The notes beneath the pieces are model-generated. The model ran no database searches. It worked only from the letters and a program-made list of their open reading frames with translations, and was not told where the DNA came from. A stretch of 64,000 nt of DNA, from NCBI GenBank assembly GCA_964057225.1, contig OZ059894.1:12524001-12588000 (forward strand). Reading direction: 5' to 3'. A program made the position numbers and the translations under genes. Source of the DNA: Auanema rhodensis (lineage: Eukaryota > Animalia > Nematoda). This document shows, piece after piece, positions 47,001 through 60,200 of the stretch (the stretch's first letter is position 1; the number at the start of each line of letters is the position of its first letter).

Positions 47001-47953
47001 AAACACATGCCAAACCGTTTTTTCTATCTCACATTATAACAAGTAACTGAACAACATAAGCCCATCGAGGTTAAACAAGATTGATCATCATTCAACGAAA
47101 CGTTTAAATATATGAATGAACTCAATAATTATTTTACCAATATGCCAATGCAACAACTTTTTCTAATGTGAGACAAATTGAAGCCTAAGTTGATGAGAAC
47201 TTTGGAACAGTTGCAGTGACCCACACATGAAAACACATGCCAAACCGTTTTTTCTATCTCACATTATAACAAGTAACTGAACAACATAAGCCCATCGAGG
47301 TTAAACAAGATTGATCATCATTCAACGAAACGTTTAAATATATGAATGAACTCAATAATTATTTTACCAAAATGCCAATGCAACAACTTTTTCTAATGTG
47401 AGACAAATTGAAGCCTAAGTTGTTGAGAACTTTGGAACAGTTGCAGTGACTTACACATGAAAACACATGCCAACCCGTTTTTTCTATCTCACATTATAAC
47501 AAGTAACTGAACAACATAAGCTCGTCGAGGTTAAACAAGATTGATCATCATTTAACGAAACGTTTAAATATATGAATGAACTCAACAATTATTTTACCAA
47601 TATGCTAATGCAACAACTTTTTCTAATGTGAGACAAATTGAAGCCTAAGTTGATGAGAACTTTGGAACAGTTGCAGTGACCCACACATGAAAACACATGC
47701 CAAACCGTTTTTTCTATCTCACATTATAACAAGTAACTGAACAACATAAGCTCATCGAGGTTAAACAAGATTGATCATCATTCAACGAAACGTTTGTATA
47801 TATGAATGAACTTAACATTCATTTTACCAATAAGCCAATGCAACTATCTTCTCTCATGTGAGACAAATTGAAGCCTAAGTTGATGAGAACTTTGGAACAG
47901 TTGCAGTGACTCACACATTAAAACACATGCCAAACCGTTTTTTCTATCTCACA
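41020..47953. repeat. Local higher-order duplications in distal satellite 1 (offsets 2763 and 1840; 8-mer tandem ~44205-46113 / ~46045-47953)
   Basis: TAATGTGCGACAAATTGAGG at 41411/44174. TTCCTATCTC at ~41728/44491/46331. CATTATAGC, CATCATAAAAAG and GCACTGATTAAC recur in the same order three times. Confidence 0.75.
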
Positions 47954-50900
47954 TTATAAAAAGTAACTGAACAACATAAGCTCGTCGAGGTTAAACAAGA
48001 TTGATCATCATTCAACGAAACGTTTGTATATATGAATGAACTTAACATTTTATTTACCAATATGCCAATGCAACAACTTTTTCTAATGTGAGACAAATTG
48101 AAACCTAAGTTGATGAGAACTTTGGAACAGTTGCAGTGACTCACACTTGAAAACACATGCCAAACCGTTTTTTTATCTCACAGTACAACAAAAAACTGAA
48201 CAACATATGAACATTGTGGTTGAACATGATAAGTCATCAATTAACGAAACGTTCGTATATATGAATGAACTTAACTTATATTCCACCAATAAGCCAATGC
48301 AACTATCTTCTCTCATATGAGACAAATTGAAGCCTAAGTTGATGAAAACTTTGGAACAGTTGCAGTGACCCACACATGAAAACACATGCCAAACCGTTTT
48401 TTCTATCTCACATTATAACAAGTAACTGAACAACATAAGCACATCGAGGTTAAACGAGATTGATCATCATTCAACGAAACGTTTAAATATATGAATGAAC
48501 TCAACAATTACTTTACCAATATGCCAATGCAACAACTTTTTCTCATGTGAGACGAATTGAAGCCTAAGTTGATGAGAACTTTAGAACAGTTGCAGTGACT
48601 CACACTTGAAAACACATGCCAAACCGTTTTTTTTATCTCACAGTACAACAAAAAACTGAGCAACATATGAACATTGTGGTTGAACATGATGAGTCATCAT
48701 TTACCGAAACGTTCGTAAATATTATATGAATGAACTCAACAATTATGTTACCAATATGCCAATGCAACAACCTGTTTAATGTGCGACAATTTGAGGCTTA
48801 AGTTAATGAGAACTTTGGAACAGTTGCAGTGACCCACACATGAAAACACATGCCAAACCGTTTTTTCTATCTCACATTATAACAAGTAACTGAACAACAT
48901 AAGCCCATCGAGGTTAAACAAGATTGATCATCATTCAACGAAACGTTTAAATATATGAATGAACTCAATAATTATTTTACCAATATGCCAATGCAACAAC
49001 TTTTTCTAATGTGAGACAAATTGAAGCCTAAGTTGATGAGAACTTTGGAACAGTTGCAGTGACCCACACATGAAAACACATGCCAAACCGTTTTTTCTAT
49101 CTCACATTATAACAAGTAACTGAACAACATAAGCACATCGAGGTTAAACGAGATTGATCATCATTCAACGAAACGTTTAAATATATGAATGAACTCAACA
49201 ATTACTTTACCAATATGCCAATGCAACAACTTTTTCTCATGTGAGACGAATTGAAGCCTAAGTTGATGAGAACTTTAGAACAGTTGCAGTGACTCACACT
49301 TGAAAACACATGCCAAACCGTTTTTTTTATCTCACAGTACAACAAAAAACTGAGCAACATATGAACATTGTGGTTGAACATGATGAGTCATCATTTACCG
49401 AAACGTTCGTAAATATTATATGAATGAACTCAACAATTATGTTACCAATATGCCAATGCAACAACCTGTTTAATGTGCGACAAATTGAGGCTTAAGTTAA
49501 TGAGAACTTTGGAACAGTTGCAGTGACCCACACATGAAAACACATGCCAAACCGTTTTTTCTATCTCACATTATAACAAGTAACTGAACAACATAAGCCC
49601 ATCGAGGTTAAACAAGATTGATCATCATTCAACGAAACGTTTAAATATATGAATGAACTCAATAATTATTTTACCAATATGCCAATGCAACAACTTTTTC
49701 TAATGTGAGACAAATTGAAGCCTAAGTTGATGAGAACTTTGGAACAGTTGCAGTGACCCACACATGAAAACACATGCCAAACCGTTTTTTCTATCTCACA
49801 TTATAACAAGTAACTGAACAACATAAGCCCATCGAGGTTAAACAAGATTGATCATCATTCAACGAAACGTTTAAATATATGAATGAACTCAATAATTATT
49901 TTACCAATATGCCAATGCAACAACCTTTTTTAATGTGAGACAGATTGAAGCCTAAGTTGATGAGAACTTTGGAACAGTTGCAGTGACCCACACATGAAAA
50001 CACATGCCAAACCGTTTTTGCTATCTCACATTATAACAAGTAACTGAACAACATAAGCTCATCGAGGTTAAACAAGATTGATCATCATTCAACGAAACGT
50101 TTGTATATATGAATGAACTTAACATTCATTTTACCAATAAGCCAATGCAACAACTTTTTCTAATGTGAGACAAATTGAAGCCTAAGTTGATAAGAACTTT
50201 GGAACAGTTGCAGTGACTTACACATGAAAACACATGCCAAACCGTTTTTTCTATCTCACATTTTAACAAGTAACTGAACAACATAAGCTCGTCGAGGTTA
50301 ACCAAGATTGATCATCATTTAACGAAACGTTTAAATATATGAATGAACTCAACAATTATTTTACCAATATGCTAATGCAACAACTTTTTCTAATGTGAGA
50401 CAAATTGAAGCCTAAGTTGATGAGAACTTTGGAACAGTTGCAGTGACCCACACATGAAAACACATGCCAAATCGTTTTTTCTATCTCACATTATAACAAG
50501 TAACTGAACAACATAAGCTCATCGAGGTTAAACAAGATTGATCATCATTCAACGAAACGTTTGTATATATGAATGAACTTAACATTTATTTTACCAATAA
50601 GCCAATGCAACAACTTTTTCTAATGTGAGACAAATTGAAGCCTAAGTTGATAAGAACTTTGGAACAGTTGCAGTGACTTACACATGAAAACACATGCCAA
50701 ACCGTTTTTTCTATCTCACATTTTAACAAGTAACTGAACAACATAAGCTCGTCGAGGTTAAACAAGATTGATCATCATTTAACGAAACGTTTAAATATAT
50801 GAATGAACTCAACAATTATTTTACCAATATGCTAATGCAACAACTTTTTCTAATGTGAGACAAATTGAAGCCTAAGTTGATGAGAACTTTGGAACAGTTG

Positions 50901-51243
50901 CAGTGACCCACACATGAAAACACATGCCAAATCGTTTTTTCTATCTCACATTATAACAAGTAACTGAACAACATAAGCTCATCGAGGTTAAACAAGATTG
51001 ATCATCATTCAACGAAACGTTTGTATATATGAATGAACTTAACATTCATTTTACCAAGAAGCCAATGCAACTATCTTCTCTCATGTGAGACAAATTGAAG
51101 CCTAAGTTGATGAGAACTTTGGAACAGTTGCAGTGACTCACACATGAAAACACATGCCAAACCGTTTTTTCTATCTCACATTATAAAAAGTAACTGAACA
51201 ACATAAGCTCGTCGAGGTTAAACAAGATTGATCATCATCATTT

Positions 51244-54200
51244 ATGAACGAATGAATTGTTTCGAAACTATTGTAAAAATTTGAGATTGTTTCAAAATAC
51301 GTGATTAAATGAAGAAAATAGAGTAAAATGAATTGGAAAATTATAAAATAATTTCATGTTTTATTTCTTGAGTTTCAAAATATTCAACCTTTTTTTTCAC
51401 TGTTTAAAATCTTAATGAACGAATGAATTGTTTCAAAACTATTGTAAAAATATGAGATTGTTTCAAAATACGTGATTAAATGAAGAAAATGGAATAAAAT
51501 GAATTGGAAAATTATAAAATATTTCCATGTTTTATTTTCTTAGTATCAGAAAATTCAAATTAAGATCGTTTTTAATGTTTCAAATCTTAATGAACGAATT
51601 AATTGTTTCAAAACTATTGTAAAAATATGAGATTGTTTCAAAATACGTGATTAAATGAAGAAAATAGAGTAAAATGAATTGGAATATTATAAAATATTTT
51701 CATGTTTTATTTCTTGAGTATCAAAATATTCAAACTTTTTTTTTTCACTGTTTAAAATCTTAATGAACGAATGAATTGTTTCAAAACTATTGTAAAAATA
51801 TGAGATTGTTTCAAAATACGTGATTAAATGAAGAAAATGGAGTAAAATGAATTGGAAAATTATAAAATATTTCCATGTTTTATTTTCTTAGTATCAGAAA
51901 ATTCAAATTAAGATCGTTTTTAATGTTTCAAATCTTAATGAACGAATGAATTGTTTCGAAACTATTGTAAAAATATGAGATTGTTTCAAAATACGTGATT
52001 AAATGAAGAAAATAGAGTAAAATGAATTGGAATATTATAAAATATTTTCATGTTTTATTTCTTGAGTATCAAAATATTCAAACTTTTTTTTTTCACTGTT
52101 TAAAATCTTAATGAACGAATGAATTGTTTCAAAACTATTGTAAAAATTTGAGATTGTTTCAAAATACGTGATTAAATGAAGAAAATAGAGTAAAATGAAT
52201 TGGAAAATTATAAAATATTTTCATGTTTTATTTCTTGAGTTTCAAAATATTCAAACTTTTTTTTTTCACTGTTTAAAATCTTAATGAACGAATGAATTGT
52301 TTCAAAACTATTGTAAAAATATGAGATTGTTTCAAAATACGTGATTAAATGAAGAAAATGGAGTAAAATGAATTGGAAAATTATAAAATATTTCCATGTT
52401 TTATTTTCTTAGTATCAGAAAATTCAAATTAAGATCGTTTTTAATGTTTCAAATCTCAATGAACGAATGAATTGTTTCAAAACTATTGTAAAAATATGAG
52501 ATTGTTTCAAAATACGTGATTAAATGAAGAAAATGGAGTAAAATGAATTGGAAAATTATAAAATATTTTCATGTTTTATTTCTTGAGTATCAAAATATTT
52601 AAACTTTTTTTTTTCACTGTTTAAAATCTTACAGAACGAATGAATTGTTTCAAAACTTTTGTAAAAATTTGAGATTGTTTCAAAATACGTGATTAAATGA
52701 AGAAAATGGAGTAAAATGAATTGGAAAATTATAAAATATTTCCATGTTTTATTTTCTTAGTATCAGAAAATTCAAATTAAGATCGTTTTTAATGTTTCAA
52801 ATCTTAATGAACGAATTAATTGTTTCAAAACTATTGTAAAAATATGAGATTGTTTCAAAATACGTGATTAAATGAAGAAAATAGAGTAAAATGAATTGGA
52901 ATATTATAAAATATTTTCATGTTTTATTTCTTGAGTATCAAAATATTCAAACTTTTTTTTTTCACTGTTTAAAATCTTAATGAACGAATGAATTGTTTCA
53001 AAACTATTGTAAAAATTTGAGATTGTTTCAAAATACGTGATTAAATGAAGAAAATAGAGTAAAATGAATTGGAAAATTATAAAATATTTTCATGTTTTAT
53101 TTCTTGAGTTTCAAAATATTCAAACTTTTTTTTTTCACTGTTTAAAATCTTAATGAACGAATGAATTGTTTCAAAACTATTGTAAAAATATGAGATTGTT
53201 TCAAAATACGTGATTAAATGAAGAAAATGGAGTAAAATGAATTGGAAAATTATAAAATATTTCCATGTTTTATTTTCTTAGTATCAGAAAATTCAAATTA
53301 AGATCGTTTTTAATGTTTCAAATCTCAATGAACGAATGAATTGTTTCAAAACTATTGTAAAAATATGAGATTGTTTCAAAATACGTGATTAAATGAAGAA
53401 AATGGAGTAAAATGAATTGGAAAATTATAAAATATTTTCATGTTTTATTTCTTGAGTATCAAAATATTTAAACTTTTTTTTTTCACTGTTTAAAATCTTA
53501 CAGAACGAATGAATTGTTTCAAAACTATTGTAAAAATTTGAGATTGTTTCAAAATACGTGATTAAATGAAGAAAATGGAGTAAAATGAATTGGAAAATTA
53601 TAAAATATTTCCATGTTTTATTTTCTTAGTATCAGAAAATTCAAATTAAGATCGTTTTTAATGTTTCAAATCTTAATGAACGAATTAATTGTTTCAAAAC
53701 TATTGTAAAAATATGAGATTGTTTCAAAATACGTGATTAAATGAAGAAAATAGAGTAAAATGAATTGGAATATTATAAAATATTTTCATGTTTTATTTCT
53801 TGAGTATCAAAATATTCAAACTTTTTTTTTTCACTGTTTAAAATCTTAATGAACGAATGAATTGTTTCAAAACTATTGTAAAAATATGAGATTGTTTCAA
53901 AATACGTGATTAAATGAAGGAAATGGAGTAAAATGAATTGGAAAATTATAAAATATTTTCATGTTTTATTTCTTGAGTTTCAAAATATTCAAACTTTTTT
54001 TTTTCACTGTTCAAAATCTTAATGAACGAATGAATTGTTTCAAAACTATTGTAAAAATTTGAGATTGTTTCAAAATACGTGATTAAATGAAGAAAATGGA
54101 GTAAAATGAATTGGAAAATTATAAAATATTTCCATGTTTTATTTTTTTAGTATCAGAAAATTCCAATTAAGATCGTTTTTAATGTTTCAAATCTCAATGA

Positions 54201-57200
54201 ACGAATGAATTGTTTCAAAACTATTGTAAAAATATGAGATTGTTTCAAAATACGTGATTAAATGAAGAAAATGGAGTAAAATGAATTGGAAAATTATAAA
54301 ATATTTCCATGTTTTATTTTTTTAGTATCAGAAAATTCAAATTAAGATCGTTTTTAATGTTTCAAATCTTAATGAACGAATGAATTGTTTCAAAACTATT
54401 GTAAAAATATGAGATTGTTTCAAAATACGTGATTAAATGAAGAAAATGGAGTAAAATGAATTGGAAAATTATAAAATATTTTCATGTTTTATTTCTTGAG
54501 TATCAAAATATTCAAAATTATATCTTTTTTACTGTTAAAAACATTATTAACTGGATGATTTGTTTCGAAATTATTGCAAAAATATGAGATTGTTTCAAAA
54601 TACGTGATTAAATGAAGAAAATAGAGTAAAATGAATTGGAAAATTATAAAATATTTTCATGTTTTATTTCTTGAGTTTCAAAATATTCAAACTTTTTTTT
54701 TTCACTGTTTAAAATCTTAATGAACGAATGAATTGTTTCAAAACTATTGTAAAAATATGAGATTGTTTCAAAATACGTGATTAAATGAAGAAAATGGAAT
54801 AAAATGAATTGGAAAATTATAAAATATTTCCATGTTTTATTTTCTTAGTATCAGAAAATTCAAATTAAGATCGTTTTTAATGTTTCAAATCTTAATGAAC
54901 GAATGAATTGTTTCAAAACTATTGTGAAAATATGAGATTGTTTCAAAATACGTGATTAAATGAAGAAAATGGAGTAAAATGAATTGGAAAATTATAAAAT
55001 ATTTTCATGTTTTATTTCTTGAGTATCAAAATATTCAAAATTATATCTTTTTTACTGTTAAAAACATTATTAACTGGATGATTTGTTTCGAAATTATTGC
55101 AAAAATATGAGATTGTTTCAAAATACGTGATTAAATGAAGAAAATGGAGTAAAATGAATTGGAAAATTATAAAATATTTTCCTGTTTTATTTCTTGAGTT
55201 TCAAAATATTCAAACTTTTTTTTTTCACTGTTTAAAATCTTAATGAACGAATGAATTGTTTCAAAACTATTGTAAAAATATGAGATTGTTTCAAAATACG
55301 TGATTAAATGAAGAAAATAGAGTAAAATGAATTGGAAAATTATAAAATATTTTCATGTTTTATTTCTTGAGTTTCAAAATATTCAAACTTTTTTTTTTTA
55401 CTGTTTAAAATCTTAATGAACGAATGAATTGTTCCAAAACTATTGTAAAAATATGAGATTGTTTCAAAATACGTGATTAAATGAAGAAAATGGAGTAAAA
55501 TGAATTGGAAAATTATAAAATATTTCCATGTTTTATTTTCTTAGTATCAGAAAATTCAAATTAAGATCGTTTTTAATGTTTCAAATCTTAATGAACGAAT
55601 TGATTGTTTCAAAACTATTGTAAAAATATGAGATTGTTACAAAATACGTGATTAAATGAAGAAAATAGAGTAAAATGAATTGGAATATTATAAAATATTT
55701 TCATGTTTTATTTCTTGAGTATCAAAATATTCAAACTTTTTTTTTTCACTGTTTAAAATCTTAATGAACGAATGAATTGTTTCAAAACTATTGTAAAAAT
55801 ATGAGATTGTTTCAAAATACGTGATTAAATGAAGAAAATGGAGTAAAATGAATTGGAAAATTATAAAATATTTTCATGTTTTATTTCTTGAGTTTCAAAA
55901 TATTCAAACTTTTTTTTTTCACTATTCAAAATCTTAATGAACGAATGAATTGTTTCAAAACTATTGTAAAAATTTGAGATTGTTTTAAAATACGTGATTA
56001 AATGAAGAAAATGGAGTAAAATGAATTGGAAAATTATAAAATATTCCCATGTTTTATTTTCTTAGTATCAGAAAATTCAAATTAAGATCGTTTTTAATGT
56101 TTCAAATCTTAATGAACGAATGAATTGTTTCGAAACTATTGTAAAAATATGAGATTGTTTCAAAATACGTGATTAAATGAAGAAAATGGAGTAAAATGAA
56201 TTGGAAAATTATAAAATATTTTCATGTTTTATTTCTTGAGTTTCAAAATATTCAAACTTTTTTTTTTCACTATTCAAAATCTTAATGAACGAATGAATTG
56301 TTTCAAAACTATTGTAAAAATTTGAGATTGTTTCAAAATACGTGATTAAATGAAGAAAATGGAGTAAAATGAATTGGAAAATTATAAAATATTCCCATGT
56401 TTTATTTTCTTAGTATCAGAAAATTCAAATTAAGATCGTTTTTAATGTTTCAAATCTTAATGAACGAATGAATTGTTTCAAAACTATTGTAAAAATTTGA
56501 GATTGTTTCAAAATACGTGATTAAATGAAGAAAATAGAGTTAAATGAATTGGAAAATTATAAAATATTTACATGTTTTATTTCTTGAGTTTCAAAATATT
56601 CAAACTTTTTTTTTTCACTGTTTAAAATCTTAATGAACGAATGAATTGTTTCAAAACTATTGTAAAAATATGAGATTGTTTCAAAATACGTGATTAAATG
56701 AAGAAAATGGAGTAAAATGAATTGGAAAATTATAAAATATTTCCATGTTTTATTTTCTTAGTATCAGAAAATTCAAATTAAGATCGTTTTTAATGTTTCA
56801 AATCTTAATGAACGAATTAATTGTTTCAAAACTATTGTAAAAATATGAGATTGTTTCAAAATACGTGATTAAATGAAGAAAATAGAGTAAAATGAATTGG
56901 AATATTATAAAATATTTTCATGTTTTATTTCTTGAGTATCAAAATATTCAAACTTTTTTTTTTCACTGTTTAAAATCTTAATGAACGAATGAATTGTTTC
57001 AAAACTATTGTAAAAATATGAGATTGTTTCAAAATACGTGATTAAATGAAGGAAATGGAGTAAAATGAATTGGAAAATTATAAAATATTTTCATGTTTTA
57101 TTTCTTGAGTTTCAAAATATTCAAACTTTTTTTTTTCACTGTTCAAAATCTTAATGAACGAATGAATTGTTTCAAAACTATTGTAAAAATTTGAGATTGT

Positions 57201-60200
57201 TTCAAAATACGTGATTAAATGAAGAAAATGGAGTAAAATGAATTGGAAAATTATAAAATATTTCCATGTTTTATTTTTTTAGTATCAGAAAATTCCAATT
57301 AAGATCGTTTTTAATGTTTCAAATCTCAATGAACGAATGAATTGTTTCAAAACTATTGTAAAAATATGAGATTGTTTCAAAATACGTGATTAAATGAAGA
57401 AAATGGAGTAAAATGAATTGGAAAATTATAAAATATTTTCATGTTTTATTTCTTGAGTTTCAAAATATTCAAACTTTTTTTTTTCACTGTTTAAAATCTT
57501 AATGAACGAATGAATTGTTTCAAAACTATTGTAAAAATATGAGATAGTTTCAAAATACGTGATTAAATAAAGAAAATGGAATAAAATGAATTGGAAAATT
57601 ATAAAAAATTTCCATGTTTTATTTTCTTAGTATCAGAAAATTCAAATTAAGATCGTTTTTAATGTTTCAAATCTTAATGAACGAATGAATTGTTTCAAAA
57701 CTATTGTGAAAATATGAGATTGTTTCAAAATACGTGATTAAATGAAGAAAATGGAGTAAAATGAATTGGAAAATTATAAAATATTTTCATGTTTTATTTC
57801 TTGAGTATCAAAATATTCAAAATTATATCTTTTTTACTGTTAAAAACATTATTAACTGGATGATTTGTTTCGAAATTATTGCAAAAATATGAGATTGTTT
57901 CAAAATACGTGATTAAATGAAGAAAATGGAGTAAAATGAATTGGAAAATTATAAAATATTTTCCTGTTTTATTTCTTGAGTTTCAAAATATTCAAACTTT
58001 TTTTTTTCACTGTTTAAAATCTTAATGAACGAATGAATTGTTTCAAAACTATTGTAAAAATATGAGATTGTTTCAAAATACGTGATTAAATGAAGAAAAT
58101 AGAGTAAAATGAATTGGAATATTATAAAATATTTTCATGTTTTATTTCTTGAGTATCAAAATATTCAAACTTTTTTTTTTCACTGTTTAAAATCTTAATG
58201 AACGAATGAATTGTTTCAAAACTATTGTAAAAATATGAGATTGTTTCAAAATACGTGATTAAATGAAGAAAATGGAGTAAAATGAATTGGAAAATTATAA
58301 AATATTTTCATGTTTTATTTCTTGAGTTTCAAAATATTCAAACTTTTTTTTTTCACTGTTTAAAATCTTAATGAACGAATGAATTGTTTCAAAACTATTG
58401 TAAAAATATGAGATTGTTTCAAAATACGTGATTAAATGAAGAAAATGGAGTAAAATGAATTGGAAAATTATAAAATATTTTCATGTTTTATTTCTTGAGT
58501 ATCAAAATAATTAAACTTTTTTTTTTCACTGTTTAAAATCTTACAGAACAAATGAATTGTTTCAAAACTATTGTAAAAATTTGAGATTGTTTCGAAATAC
58601 GTGATTAAATGAAGAAAATGGAGTAAAATGAATTGGAAAATTATAAAATATTTCCATGTTTTATTTTCTTAGTATCAGAAAATTCAAATTAAGATCGTTT
58701 TTAATGTTTCAAATCTTAATGAACGAATTAATTGTTTCAAAACTATTGTAAAAATATGAGATTGTTTCAAAATACGTGATTAAATGAAGAAAATAGAGTA
58801 AAATGAATTGGAATATTATAAAATATTTTCATGTTTTATTTCTTGAGTATCAAAATATTCAAACTTTTTTTTTCACTGTTTAAAATCTTAATGAACGAAT
58901 GAATTGTTTCAAAACTATTGTAAAAATATGAGATTGTTTCAAAATACGTGATTAAATGAAGGAAATGGAGTAAAATGAATTGGAAAATTATAAAATATTT
59001 TCATGTTTTATTTCTTGAGTTTCAAAATATTCAAACTTTTTTTTTTCACTGTTCAAAATCTTAATGAACGAATGAATTGTTTCAAAACTATTGTAAAAAT
59101 TTGAGATTGTTTCAAAATACGTGATTAAATGAAGAAAATGGAGTAAAATGAATTGGAAAATTATAAAATATTTCCATGTTTTATTTTTTTAGTATCAGAA
59201 AATTCCAATTAAGATCGTTTTTAATGTTTCAAATCTCAATGAACGAATGAATTGTTTCAAAACTATTGTAAAAATATGAGATTGTTTCAAAATACGTGAT
59301 TAAATGAAGAAAATGGAGTAAAATGAATTGGAAAATTATAAAATATTTTCATGTTTTATTTCTTGAGTTTCAAAATATTCAAACTTTTTTTTTTCACTGT
59401 TTAAAATCTTAATGAACGAATGAATTGTTTCAAAACTATTGTAAAAATATGAGATTGTTTCAAAATACGTGATTAAATAAAGAAAATGGAATAAAATGAA
59501 TTGGAAAATTATAAAATATTTACATGTTTTATTTCTTGAGTTTCAAAATATTCAAACTTTTTTTTTTCACTGTTTAAAATCTTAATGAACGAATGAATTG
59601 TTTCAAAACTATTGTAAAAATTTGAGATTGTTTCAAAATACGTGATTAAATGAAGAAAATGGAGTAAAATGAATTGGAAAATTATAAAATATTCCCATGT
59701 TTTATTTTCTTAGTATCAGAAAATTCAAATTAAGATCGTTTTTAATGTTTCAAATCTTAATGAACGAATGAATTGTTTCAAAACTATTGTAAAAATTTGA
59801 GATTGTTTCAAAATACGTGATTAAATGAAGAAAATAGAGTTAAATGAATTGGAAAATTATAAAATATTTACATGTTTTATTTCTTGAGTTTCAAAATATT
59901 CAAACTTTTTTTTTTCACTGTTTAAAATCTTAATGAACGAATGAATTGTTTCAAAACTATTGTAAAAATATGAGATTGTTTCAAAATACGTGATTAAATG
60001 AAGAAAATGGAGTAAAATGAATTGGAAAATTATAAAATATTTCCATGTTTTATTTTCTTAGTATCAGAAAATTCAAATTAAGATCGTTTTTAATGTTTCA
60101 AATCTTAATGAACGAATTAATTGTTTCAAAACTATTGTAAAAATATGAGATTGTTTCAAAATACGTGATTAAATGAAGAAAATAGAGTAAAATGAATTGG

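Larger units (their letters stand above)
1..51243. repeat. Satellite 1: tandem array of a 230-bp monomer (~220 copies, head-to-tail, truncated by window start)
   Basis: Anchor CAAACCGTTT recurs at 121, 351, 581, 811 (period 230). Consensus approx. ATGCCAAACCGTTTTTTCTATCTCACATTATAACAAGTAACTGAACAACATAAGC...GATTGATCATCATTTAACGAAACGTTTAAATATATGAATGAAC...CCAATATGCCAATGCAACAACTTTTTCTAATGTGAGACAAATTGAAGCCTAAGTTGATGAGAACTTTGGAACAGTTGCAGTGACTCACACATGAAAACAC. It continues without foreign insertion or inversion to ~51243. Confidence 0.98.

Noticed and set aside
34100-48385. Eight minus-strand 66-70-aa Cys-rich ORFs (MFSCVGHCNCSK... / MFICVNQCNCSK...)
   Set aside because: Each lies within one satellite monomer where a substitution removes the usual TAA. 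The same frame is interrupted in most monomers, 230 bp is not a multiple of 3, and no domain is recognisable. The Cys richness simply reflects ACA/GCA-rich plus-strand sequence.
51000-51500. Common ancestry of satellites 1 and 2 (shared ATGAA(C/T)GAA, TGAGA..ATTG words)
   Set aside because: Only short AT-rich words are shared and no colinear alignment is visible by eye.
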